A DNA stretch of 63,405 bases, counting the filler. It is 9 parts of 9 records of this genome, joined end to end, with 100 filler letters (N's around TTAATTAATTAA, not from the genome) between each part and the next. Parts side by side here need not be neighbours in the genome. Positions count along the whole stretch, not along the records: positions 43,731 to 52,602 come from SRR31147125_12608; 8 more parts are not named here. One strand, given 5' to 3'. Of the stretch, positions 43,848-52,702 are shown piece after piece. Every line of letters starts with the position of its first letter. The first letter of the stretch is position 1. Made by a program: the position numbers and the translations under genes. The notes beneath the pieces were generated by a model that saw only the letters and a list, made by a program, of their open reading frames with translations, ran no database searches and was not told the origin of the DNA.

Positions 43848-44603
43848 ATGTTGCTCATTGAAGATTTGAAAGTGGAAGTCGGGGATCGAGAGATTCTTCA
43901 AAACGTGAATCTCCACGTTCCGCCGGGAGAGACCCATATCCTGTTTGGCCCGAACGGTTCGGGGAAAACATCACTGATGATGACCATCATGGGCTTCTCC
44001 GGCTATCGGGTGACCGGAGGTAAAATTACCTTTAAAGGAGAGGATGTAACCTATATGCCCATCCATGAGCGGGCTCGCCTGGGAATTGGTGTCCTGTTTC
44101 AGCGTCCACCGACAATCAATGGGCTCTCCACCCGTAGAATGGTGGAAATCTGCGCTGGAGAAAAAGTAGTGGATGTGGATGCACTCTCCAAAGATCTGAG
44201 ATTCGACGCCTTTATCGAAAGGGATGTGAATCACAACCTTTCCGGAGGTGAGATCAAACGGTCTGAGCTGTTGCAGCTGTCTGCCCAAAAGCCGGATTTG
44301 CTGTTGCTGGACGAGCCGGAATCCGGGGTGGATCTGGAGTCCATATCCTTGCTGGGAGAGAGTATCAACAAGCTGCTCAATCGCGGCATCAAAAGACCGT
44401 CTTCCTGTAAGAGCAAGATCTTGGAGCAGACACCCAAATCTGCGTTGGTGATTACCCACACCGGACATATCCTGGATTACATTACGGCGGATAGAGGGCA
44501 AGTATTGTATAAAGGGCAGCTGCGCTGTTCCAGAAATGCCAGGGAAATATTGAAGTGGATCAGGGAATACGGATATGAAGAGTGTGTCGGATGTACGGCG
44601 TAA
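43848..44603 (+). CDS. sufC: SufC-like Fe-S assembly ATPase (SmsC type)
   Basis: GPNGSGKT, LSGGEIKR, LLLDEPESGVD, ITH; C-terminal GYEECVGC. Confidence 0.9.
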   Translation: MLLIEDLKVEVGDREILQNVNLHVPPGETHILFGPNGSGKTSLMMTIMGFSGYRVTGGKITFKGEDVTYMPIHERARLGIGVLFQRPPTINGLSTRRMVEICAGEKVVDVDALSKDLRFDAFIERDVNHNLSGGEIKRSELLQLSAQKPDLLLLDEPESGVDLESISLLGESINKLLNRGIKRPSSCKSKILEQTPKSALVITHTGHILDYITADRGQVLYKGQLRCSRNAREILKWIREYGYEECVGCTA

Positions 44604-44623
44604 CGGATGGAGAGGGGACTGTT

Positions 44624-45841
44624 TTGGAGCGATTTGAAAACGAAATGATGGATTTGGAAACCGTCGGTGAAGATGAGAGCGCCGTCCACGGACATATTGA
44701 CCTTGCCGGTTACAATGATATGGCAGATACCCACGCATATGTGGAAACTCTGGGCGGTATCGATAAAAATGATGCCGAAGAATTTGCTAGAATCGGCCTT
44801 GAGACCGATGAAACGCTACGTGCCGGAACCTTTATTCAAAAAGACAACTCCATAGTTCACTGCAGTAAAAGCATGGACGGTGTGGAGATAAGCGGCATTG
44901 CAACGGCACTTGATCGGCATGATTGGCTGAAACCGTATGTGTGGCGACTTCTCTTCAAGGAAAAAGATGAAATTACGCGCGCCATGAATCAAATGCCGGA
45001 CCAAGGGTTTTTCATCGGCGTCGGTAAAGGGGTTAAAGCGGAAAAACCCCTTCAAACCTGTCTTCATATTGCCAAAGAGAAGTTCTCTCAGAAAGTGCAT
45101 AATATCATTGTGGCAGAAGAAGCGTCTGAACTGCACATCATTGCCGGTTGCTCCACTTCCGAGCATCTGAAATCCGGGCTTCATATCGGCGTTTCGGAAT
45201 TCTACGTCAAAAAAGGGGCGACCCTGAAATATACCATGATCCACGACTGGGGGGAGAATGTCTCCGTGCGTCCCAAAACCGCCGTTTATGTGGAAGAGGG
45301 CGGGGTGTTCATCTCCAACTATATTTCACTCAAACCGGTGGGTTCCATTGTCTCCAACCCCGTCACTTATCTTGAAAAAGATGCCACCGCACGAATGAAC
45401 AGCATACTGGTGGCTGGAGAGGGAACGTATATGGATATGGGGTCCGTGGTGGAGTTGAACGGCTCTGGTGCAAGGGCGGAGATCATCTCCAGAGCCATTG
45501 TATCCGGTGGAACCATTATCTCAAGAGGGCATCTCAAAGGGAAGGAACCGGGAGTAAAAGGGCATCTTGAGTGTAAAGGGTTGATTCTCAAAGACGGTTT
45601 GCTCCATGCCATTCCCGAGCTTTCCGGACATACCCCCGGTGTTGAGATGTCCCATGAGGCTGCCGTCGGCAAAATTGACAAAAGAGAGATCGAATACCTG
45701 ATGGCCAGAGGCGTGGATGAAGATGAAGCCATCTCGACGATCGTAAGGGGATTTTTGAATGTCGAGATCGAAGGACTTCCTGTCGATTTGTCCGAGAAAA
45801 TCGACCAAGCGGTAAAAGAGACTGAAAAAGATATGATGTAG
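44624..45841 (+). CDS. sufB: SufB/SufD-family scaffold (SmsB type)
   Basis: HNIIVAEE, GLHIGVSEFYVK, GHLECKGL, IPEL, SHEAAVGKI, YLMARG; start uncertain (44582-44646). Confidence 0.9.
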   Translation: MERFENEMMDLETVGEDESAVHGHIDLAGYNDMADTHAYVETLGGIDKNDAEEFARIGLETDETLRAGTFIQKDNSIVHCSKSMDGVEISGIATALDRHDWLKPYVWRLLFKEKDEITRAMNQMPDQGFFIGVGKGVKAEKPLQTCLHIAKEKFSQKVHNIIVAEEASELHIIAGCSTSEHLKSGLHIGVSEFYVKKGATLKYTMIHDWGENVSVRPKTAVYVEEGGVFISNYISLKPVGSIVSNPVTYLEKDATARMNSILVAGEGTYMDMGSVVELNGSGARAEIISRAIVSGGTIISRGHLKGKEPGVKGHLECKGLILKDGLLHAIPELSGHTPGVEMSHEAAVGKIDKREIEYLMARGVDEDEAISTIVRGFLNVEIEGLPVDLSEKIDQAVKETEKDMM

Positions 45842-45858
45842 TGGGTAAAGGGTGTGCC

Positions 45859-47169
45859 ATGAATTATTCTTCATGTGATATCTCATTCAGCAACAAGGCA
45901 AATCATTTTTCCTTTGAGTATCTTAAATGTATTCGGTATCTGCTGGATGTCAAAGACGAAGATCATTTGCTGACAAAGAAAGTCTACTCCAAGCTCATCA
46001 CCTCGTCCCATCTATTGGAAGACTTTCTGGATTTTCATGGCGCAAAAAACAACAGAGATTGGATTTTCTATAGAGAGTTGACCGCAGCCGTGCGTCACCT
46101 CTCCCTTGCAGGATATTCGCAAAAGCATATCTTCAATCGCATTGGGTTTTACGAGCTGGGGGAAAAGGATTTTTCCTTCTGTTTCGAGTCCAGGGATACA
46201 TTGATGATGATTCAGGGCTCGTTGCAGCTAGCCGCTCCCGTGATTCTGGAGGAAGCCATGCGTCTTGAAATCGAAGTACCGCCAGTGGGATACGATCGTG
46301 CGTTTTTCCCCGGTATCAGTACCAGTGAGCAGCTGGAACACAACATTGATGATTTTGAGAATCCGGATCAGCAACGTAACAATCTCACCACCATTGCCAG
46401 TGAATTTTTAGATCTGATCGAAGAGTTCGACCCCTTTTCTTTTTATCAACGCTATACCAGTGAAGAGATTCGAAAGATTGTTCCGGCAAAGATCAACGAG
46501 GTGGAGATTCGTCGATTCGAGATGCTGCTGCACAATCTTCAATCGACCTTTGATTCCTATGTCATTCATGGCGGATTCTTTCATGGAAATCGCAAACTCA
46601 AACAGCTTCGAAGTCACTTTTCAATTGTTTTCCATATTCTTCAAGTGATGGGACGACTGCTCCACTTTTATGAGCGTCATCTTTATGATGTGTCCTATAA
46701 AGACGTCTTCAAGAGCGTCAGCGAAGCCCTCACCTCTCTTATCGATCCCGATGTCCTTCTGGATCGATCCGTCAATTATTGCCTTTTTTATGCCTGGCAG
46801 TTTCTATCATCCGGAAAGCGGATTGCCTGTGAGATCTTAAACGAAAACATCGAGCGCTCTTCCATCACCGTCGGTATTCCCAAAGAGCGGGGATTTCACA
46901 GCAGGCCAAGCCTGCTGGTCGCCAAAATTGTGCAACACTATGGCGGAAAGGTGGAGATGGTGGTGGGCGAGAATCGATTTGATGCCTCGAGTGTCCTGGA
47001 TATGCAATGGGCCGGAGGGTTGATCAAAAAAGAGGACGTGGAAGAGGTCGTTTTTGAGGGGGACTCAAGAGCTTTGGGGGATTTGAAAGTGCTTGCAAGC
47101 GTCAACTATGCTGAAGATTCCATGGGGAAAGGCATTCCACTGCCCAAGGAGCTCTCTTACCTTCGATGA
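45859..47169 (+). CDS. Protein with a large unknown N-terminal domain and a C-terminal HPr phosphocarrier domain
   Basis: GFHSRPSLLVAKI (His15 motif) and FDASSVLDM (Ser46 motif) in the last about 110 aa. Confidence 0.85.
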   Translation: MNYSSCDISFSNKANHFSFEYLKCIRYLLDVKDEDHLLTKKVYSKLITSSHLLEDFLDFHGAKNNRDWIFYRELTAAVRHLSLAGYSQKHIFNRIGFYELGEKDFSFCFESRDTLMMIQGSLQLAAPVILEEAMRLEIEVPPVGYDRAFFPGISTSEQLEHNIDDFENPDQQRNNLTTIASEFLDLIEEFDPFSFYQRYTSEEIRKIVPAKINEVEIRRFEMLLHNLQSTFDSYVIHGGFFHGNRKLKQLRSHFSIVFHILQVMGRLLHFYERHLYDVSYKDVFKSVSEALTSLIDPDVLLDRSVNYCLFYAWQFLSSGKRIACEILNENIERSSITVGIPKERGFHSRPSLLVAKIVQHYGGKVEMVVGENRFDASSVLDMQWAGGLIKKEDVEEVVFEGDSRALGDLKVLASVNYAEDSMGKGIPLPKELSYLR

Positions 47170-47906
47170 TGTTATCTCCCCATATTCCTCCTGTTTATGC
47201 CGTGATTGTTGCCGGCGGTAAAGGCCTGCGCATGGCGTCAGACCAAAGAAAGCAGTACATGAACCTGGACGGGGTACCGGTAATGGTGCACACCATAAAG
47301 CCGTTTGTCTCTTTTAAAGGAATCGAAAAAGTGATTCTGGTTGTACCAGAGGATGACATCGATTTTTGCACCGGAGAAATCGTCCAAAAATATGGATTTG
47401 ATGGGCAGGTGAACATCGTAGCCGGAGGCAAAGAGCGTCAAAATTCCGTCATGAATGGCCTAAAAGCCGTCAAACAATATGTCACCGACAGAGCCATGGT
47501 CATGATCCATGATGCTGTTCGTCCTTTTGTGGATCACAATCTCTTTGAAAGGGTTCTTTGTGCGGCTGCCGGGCATGGCGCTGCCGTTCCTGCCGTTCCG
47601 GTGGTGGATACATTGAAAAAAGGAAATGGGAGCGGCTTTGTGTTGCAAACCGACGGCACGGTGGATCGTAGGGAACTCTACCATGTTCAAACGCCCCAGG
47701 CATTTGACCTGAGCCTTATCCTCAACGCACATACTCATGCACTTGAGAATGGCTTGACCGGAACCGATGACGCCTCATTGGTGGAGCTTCTTGGAGAAAG
47801 GGTCGCGATCGTGGACGGAGCAAAGCAAAATATCAAGCTCACCACAAAAGATGATCTGTTTTTTGCCGACTTTTTAGTGTCCATCGGATTCAGGGAAAAA
47901 CATTGA
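47166..47906 (+). CDS. ispD: 2-C-methyl-D-erythritol 4-phosphate cytidylyltransferase
   Basis: AGGKGLRM..KQY, GGKERQNSV, IHDAVRPF, VQTPQAF, TDDASL, NIKLTT. Confidence 0.96.
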   Translation: MMLSPHIPPVYAVIVAGGKGLRMASDQRKQYMNLDGVPVMVHTIKPFVSFKGIEKVILVVPEDDIDFCTGEIVQKYGFDGQVNIVAGGKERQNSVMNGLKAVKQYVTDRAMVMIHDAVRPFVDHNLFERVLCAAAGHGAAVPAVPVVDTLKKGNGSGFVLQTDGTVDRRELYHVQTPQAFDLSLILNAHTHALENGLTGTDDASLVELLGERVAIVDGAKQNIKLTTKDDLFFADFLVSIGFREKH

Positions 47907-48031
47907 CAGGATAAATAGCGTTACCCTATAGTATTAAAACATTTTTAACGATCACCTGCCATAAGAAAGCGTGAAAGCAATTGCACATTGCCCGCGAGTT
48001 CTTTCAAATTAACCACCTCAAGGAGATGACA

Positions 48032-48970
48032 ATGGCGGAAAAACCTACATTACGGATCGGTCATCTATCGATTACCGATCATCTGATTCTCGGTGTTACA
48101 GAGTTGAAGTTGAATAAAGGTGCGGAAACATTTGAACACTGCAGTCTTCAGACGGTTCAGAAGAACGGATGGAATGAGGTGGCAGATGCATTGACCGTCA
48201 AATCCCTTGATGGTGCCTTTATCTTGGCCCCGACGGCCATGGATTTGTATAAATCGGGTGTGGGCATCAAGCTGCTGCTTTTGACCCATAAAAACGGAAG
48301 TGTTCTTGTAAAAAACAAGCGGGCGAACATCGAAAAAATTGAAGATTTTGCCGGAAAAACCGTTTTGATTCCCTATCAGCTCTCCATTCATAATATGCTG
48401 TTTCACAAGCTGCTTTCAGAAAAGGGACTCAAACCCGGTAGAACCGTAGATCCCGATGTGGATGTGCCCCTTGAGGTGGTGGCACCGTTCCAGATGCCCG
48501 AAGCGCTTCAATTCGATGAAGAGGGCGAAATCGGCGGTTTCATTGTGGCTGAACCCTTCGGTTCCCAGGTGATTGCAAAGGGCATGGGAGAAGAGTTTTA
48601 TCTTTCCAAAGAGTTGTGGCCCAAACATCCGTGCTGTGTATTTGTTGCCAGAGATGAAATTATCGAAAAATATCCGGAAGCGATTCAGGAGTTGACTAAG
48701 AGTCTTGTAAAATCAGGAAAGGCCGTGGATGCTCAGCCTGATCCCGCATCGGTGATCGGTGCCAATTTTCTCTCCCAGGACGTGGAGGTGATTAAAAGGG
48801 TGTTGACGCAACCTGCCGATCGCATCACCACAAGTGAACTGCTCCCGGCATTGGATGATCTTGAACAGATTCAACAATATATGATGGATGAAATGAAGAT
48901 CATGACAAGCCTCATTGATCTTGAAAAATTTGTCGATACAACCTTTGCCGAAGCAGCCGGAGCGGTGTAG
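48032..48970 (+). CDS. NrtA/CmpA (NMT1-like) ligand-binding protein without a signal peptide
   Basis: LRIGHLSITDHL, LDGAFILAP, SIHNML, FIVAEPF, LWPKHPCC; AAGGAG SD. Confidence 0.85.
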   Translation: MAEKPTLRIGHLSITDHLILGVTELKLNKGAETFEHCSLQTVQKNGWNEVADALTVKSLDGAFILAPTAMDLYKSGVGIKLLLLTHKNGSVLVKNKRANIEKIEDFAGKTVLIPYQLSIHNMLFHKLLSEKGLKPGRTVDPDVDVPLEVVAPFQMPEALQFDEEGEIGGFIVAEPFGSQVIAKGMGEEFYLSKELWPKHPCCVFVARDEIIEKYPEAIQELTKSLVKSGKAVDAQPDPASVIGANFLSQDVEVIKRVLTQPADRITTSELLPALDDLEQIQQYMMDEMKIMTSLIDLEKFVDTTFAEAAGAV

Positions 48971-49134
48971 CTCTTCTTCGTAGTCGTACTTAGCAATCCG
49001 AGCCATACAACAAGGTACCGCATGCATTGAATTGTATGCGGTATATTTATTGCAGTCCCTCCGAAGTAGTGAATGAAAAGCCGGGAGCAGCGTGTCGGCT
49101 CAACCGGATTATCTTTCGGGCAATGGAGGGAGGT

Positions 49135-50358
49135 ATGGAATTAAATCATCTGCTGGAATTTCAATTCAACTATTCGGACAAGTTGCTGAATCGAGAGCGG
49201 GTGGAGGGCTCAAAATCCGCTATTGGATTTACTGATACACGCTCTAACGGTTATTTTGATAAAATTTTTAATGAAGCAACGGAGGCAAAGGCAACAACGC
49301 CGTCTGGATTCTCTGCCGGGTTAACTGCTTCAAAATTCTTAAATAAAGGCAAGGACACACTCTCTTTTATATCAGGTGAATCGTCAAGGCAAAGCACCCA
49401 CCCCATTACCCGTGAGGGGGCTTCAATAAAAAAGAGCGATGGGGGTGAGGTGCCCCTTGAAAGTGGAACCGGTAAGATTTTTCTTGGAACCATAACGGAA
49501 GAGATCCCAACGGTTTCAGAGCTGATTTATGCGTCTGATTATAAAAAAGAGTGTTGGAATATTCTCTCAAAAGATGTCAACGGCTCAAAGCCGTTCAAGC
49601 GGATTCAACCTGGAACGGATATTTATTTGGACAGCAAGACATCTGAAATCATATGGGGAGAAAAAGTATCATCGTCTTCAACCGGTTCTTTGACGACGAT
49701 TGCTATTGATGGGGAGACTGCAGGCAGTTCGGATGAGCGTTCCCATGAGAACTTGACAACACTTCCTCTAAACCATGCCGTCAGTAAATTCATTGGTCGG
49801 GGGTATGATCAGATGGATTGCTACGAGATGGTGGTGGAGGGGCTCAAAGACATCGGGGTCAGCTACCAGGGTAGCAATGGGCTTGGTAAATATCTGGTTG
49901 ACAAAGCTGTGGGAAGCGGACTGCCTTACAATCACTATCTCAATGGTGAAGGACTGGTCGAAGCCGCCGGTCAAAGTGTTTATCATAAACGGATTTATTC
50001 GGTAAACAATCCGAAAACCCAGGCCAAAGATGTGTTGGATGAGATGGCGCCTGTTCTCAAAGAGGGGCAGATTCTCTCTTTTTCAACCAGAAGCCGTGGC
50101 CATACCGGCGTGGTTTCAAAAAATAACGATATTTGGACATTTATCAACTCCGGGAATATGGATAACAGTGTTGCCGGAAAAAACGGCGCTAAGCAGGTGG
50201 GAGAAGAGATCCTGTCAAAAGAGCTGGAAAATTGGTTTCGGCTGGCCGGCAATCGCAAAGAGGGCCTTCAGATCACCCTTGGAAACATCGATATGACCAA
50301 GCTTGCCGCCTATCGAAACAAAACTGCAGTCGGCCAAGCCATTGCCATGTCGGGGTAA
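49135..50358 (+). CDS. Hypothetical protein with a LysM-like segment and a C-terminal NlpC/P60-like domain
   Basis: GGAGG SD; TVSELI...KRIQPGTDIYL; FIGRGYDQMDCYEMV...GQILSF...GHTGVV...FINS. Confidence 0.6.
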   Translation: MELNHLLEFQFNYSDKLLNRERVEGSKSAIGFTDTRSNGYFDKIFNEATEAKATTPSGFSAGLTASKFLNKGKDTLSFISGESSRQSTHPITREGASIKKSDGGEVPLESGTGKIFLGTITEEIPTVSELIYASDYKKECWNILSKDVNGSKPFKRIQPGTDIYLDSKTSEIIWGEKVSSSSTGSLTTIAIDGETAGSSDERSHENLTTLPLNHAVSKFIGRGYDQMDCYEMVVEGLKDIGVSYQGSNGLGKYLVDKAVGSGLPYNHYLNGEGLVEAAGQSVYHKRIYSVNNPKTQAKDVLDEMAPVLKEGQILSFSTRSRGHTGVVSKNNDIWTFINSGNMDNSVAGKNGAKQVGEEILSKELENWFRLAGNRKEGLQITLGNIDMTKLAAYRNKTAVGQAIAMSG

Positions 50359-50360
50359 CC

Positions 50361-51554
50361 ATTATCAACACCATTATCAATCGATATATCTTTAAGGAAC
50401 TTCTCTCTCCTTTTTGTACAAGTCTTACCTTTCTCACCTTTATTTTTCTGATGACCCGGATTCCCGACATCACCAATATGGTTGTCAATTATCATGCCGG
50501 GCTGTTGTCGGTTTTTCTCTTGATTTTATACTCGATGCCCCGATTCCTTGAGTTCACCATTCCCATGTCGGTCATGATAGCCGTGCTTCTCACCATCATG
50601 CGCATGGCCAACGATAATGAAGTGATCGCTTTGAAGGGGGCCGGGGTATCGCTTTACAGATTGGTTCCTCCAGTCCTTCTTTTTTCAATTATGGGAACCC
50701 TTCTGACGCTATGGGTCACTATCTGGGGCGTTCCCTGGGGAAAGTACGCATTTAGTACAAAAGGGGTGGCGCTGGCCAAAGCCACTATTCACGTGGCGCT
50801 GGAAGAGCGTCAATTCAACCATATCTTCGATGATGTGATGATCTATGTCACCTCGGTGGATGTGAAAACCTCCAAATTGTCGGATCTTCTGATCGAGGAC
50901 AGCCGTGATCCGCAAAGTGTCAACCTGACCGTTGCATCGGAGGGAATGCTGATCTCCAGTGACGACGGGGCATTTCACACCCTCCATTTGACCAATGGGA
51001 CCATCAACCAGGTCCATTTGGAAAAAGGGAGTGTCAATGCCATGACCTTTGACAGCTATGACATAAATTTTGACACCAAAAATCAGCGACTTGACGTCAG
51101 ACACCATCAAAAAGATCTGGATGAGATGGCACTGGATGAGTTGGTCGCCTTTATCCAAAAAGGGGAGGGAGATGAAAAGCTCCTCTCATCCGCTCAAATG
51201 GAGCTTCATGAAAAATTTTCCATTCCAATGGCTTGTCTGGCTTTGGGACTTCTTTCCATCCCCATTGGGGTTCATTCCGTTGCCTCTCGCCGCTCATCGG
51301 GATTCGGTATGGGAGTCACATTTTTTCTTTGCTACTATCTGCTCCTGGCTGCGGGATGGTCTGCCGGAGAAACCGGATTGTATCCACCCGTGATCGGCAT
51401 GTGGCTTCCGGATGTAGTGATGGGAGGGGCGGCGATTTATCTCATGGCACGGGTTGCTGCGGAAAAACCCATTGCATTCCCGCTGTTCAAATTGGCCGCT
51501 TTGGAAAAATTGAAATTTTGGGAAAAGAAAAAGCGGGCTCCAATATCAGAATGA
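50361..51554 (+). CDS. lptF: LPS export ABC permease LptF (start codon unclear)
   Basis: IINRYIFKELL, PMSVMIAVLL..RMANDNEVIALKGAGVS, ELHEKFSIP; immediately upstream of lptG. Confidence 0.9.
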   Translation: MINTIINRYIFKELLSPFCTSLTFLTFIFLMTRIPDITNMVVNYHAGLLSVFLLILYSMPRFLEFTIPMSVMIAVLLTIMRMANDNEVIALKGAGVSLYRLVPPVLLFSIMGTLLTLWVTIWGVPWGKYAFSTKGVALAKATIHVALEERQFNHIFDDVMIYVTSVDVKTSKLSDLLIEDSRDPQSVNLTVASEGMLISSDDGAFHTLHLTNGTINQVHLEKGSVNAMTFDSYDINFDTKNQRLDVRHHQKDLDEMALDELVAFIQKGEGDEKLLSSAQMELHEKFSIPMACLALGLLSIPIGVHSVASRRSSGFGMGVTFFLCYYLLLAAGWSAGETGLYPPVIGMWLPDVVMGGAAIYLMARVAAEKPIAFPLFKLAALEKLKFWEKKKRAPISE

Positions 51555-51639
51555 TCGGTCATTATTATCTGCAAATTACCTGGGGAACTTGGTCGTTTTC
51601 AACTGTTTCGAGGGCACTGGAGTCATTTAGGAGTGTTTC

Positions 51640-52602
51640 ATGTCGATTCTAGCACGATACTGGGTCAAGGAGTTTTTAAAATTCTTTTTGATCATTCAGA
51701 TTATAGTCATGGCCATCTTCATCTCGGTGGACTATCTGACCAATATGGATCGATTTATAAAATCGGGATTCTCCCTGATCAGTGCACTGGGATATGTACT
51801 GCTTAAAACCCCGTTTATGTTTGTTCAGCTGACACCGGCCGGCACGGTGTTGGCGGTCGTCACCGTATTCGGGGTGATGAACCGAAATAACGAGTTGGTG
51901 GCGGTTCGATCCGGTGGCATCAGTGTCTATTCTCTGGTCAAGCCGGCGATAGCTGTTGGAATTTTTCTGGCCGTGATGATGATGTTTCTCGGGGAAACCA
52001 TCGTTCCGTTGACCATGGCAAAAGCCAATGACATCAAATACGGGATCCTGAAAAAGACCCGAAATGTCTATGCAGCCAGGGAGAACATCTGGATAAAAGG
52101 AGAGGGGACGATTTATCATTTCAGATATTTCAATCCCAGGGACAATACCATATCCGGAGTGACGCTGACCTGGCTTGACAGTTCCTTTCGAGTGATAAAA
52201 CGTATGGATGCCCACACCGGTCGTTTTGAAAAGACGACCCAAAAGTGGACTCTGGAAAAGGTATTGGAACAGGATTTTCAAAAAGAGGGACAACTCCTCA
52301 GCGCACCAATGATCTCCCCTTGTGACAAAGTTGAAGTGGAACTCGAGTTTCACCCCACCGATTTAACCGGTGTGGTCAAAAAGTCCGATGAGATGAGTTT
52401 CACGGAGCTCGCTGCACGGATTCGAAAAGTGCAGCGTGAGGGATATGACGCCACCACCTATAAAGTGGATCTTTACGGCAAAACCGCCTTTCCATTCATC
52501 TGTCTGATCATGGCCATCATTGGGGCGGCTGCCGGAATGAAGCGGTTTGTGAAAGAGAACCTCTCTTTGGGGATTGCCGTTGGCATTGCGGCCTCTTTTT
52601 TT
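51640..52602 (+). CDS. lptG: LPS export ABC permease LptG (3' truncated)
   Basis: MSILARYW, MNRNNELVAVRSGGISVY, EMSFTEL, KTAFPFICL. Confidence 0.92.
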
Positions 52603-52702
52603 NNNNNNNNNNNNNNNNNNNNNNNNNNNNNNNNNNNNNNNNNNNNTTAATTAATTAANNNNNNNNNNNNNNNNNNNNNNNNNNNNNNNNNNNNNNNNNN
52701 NN
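52603..52702. other. Artificial contig spacer
   Basis: Same linker. Confidence 0.98.
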
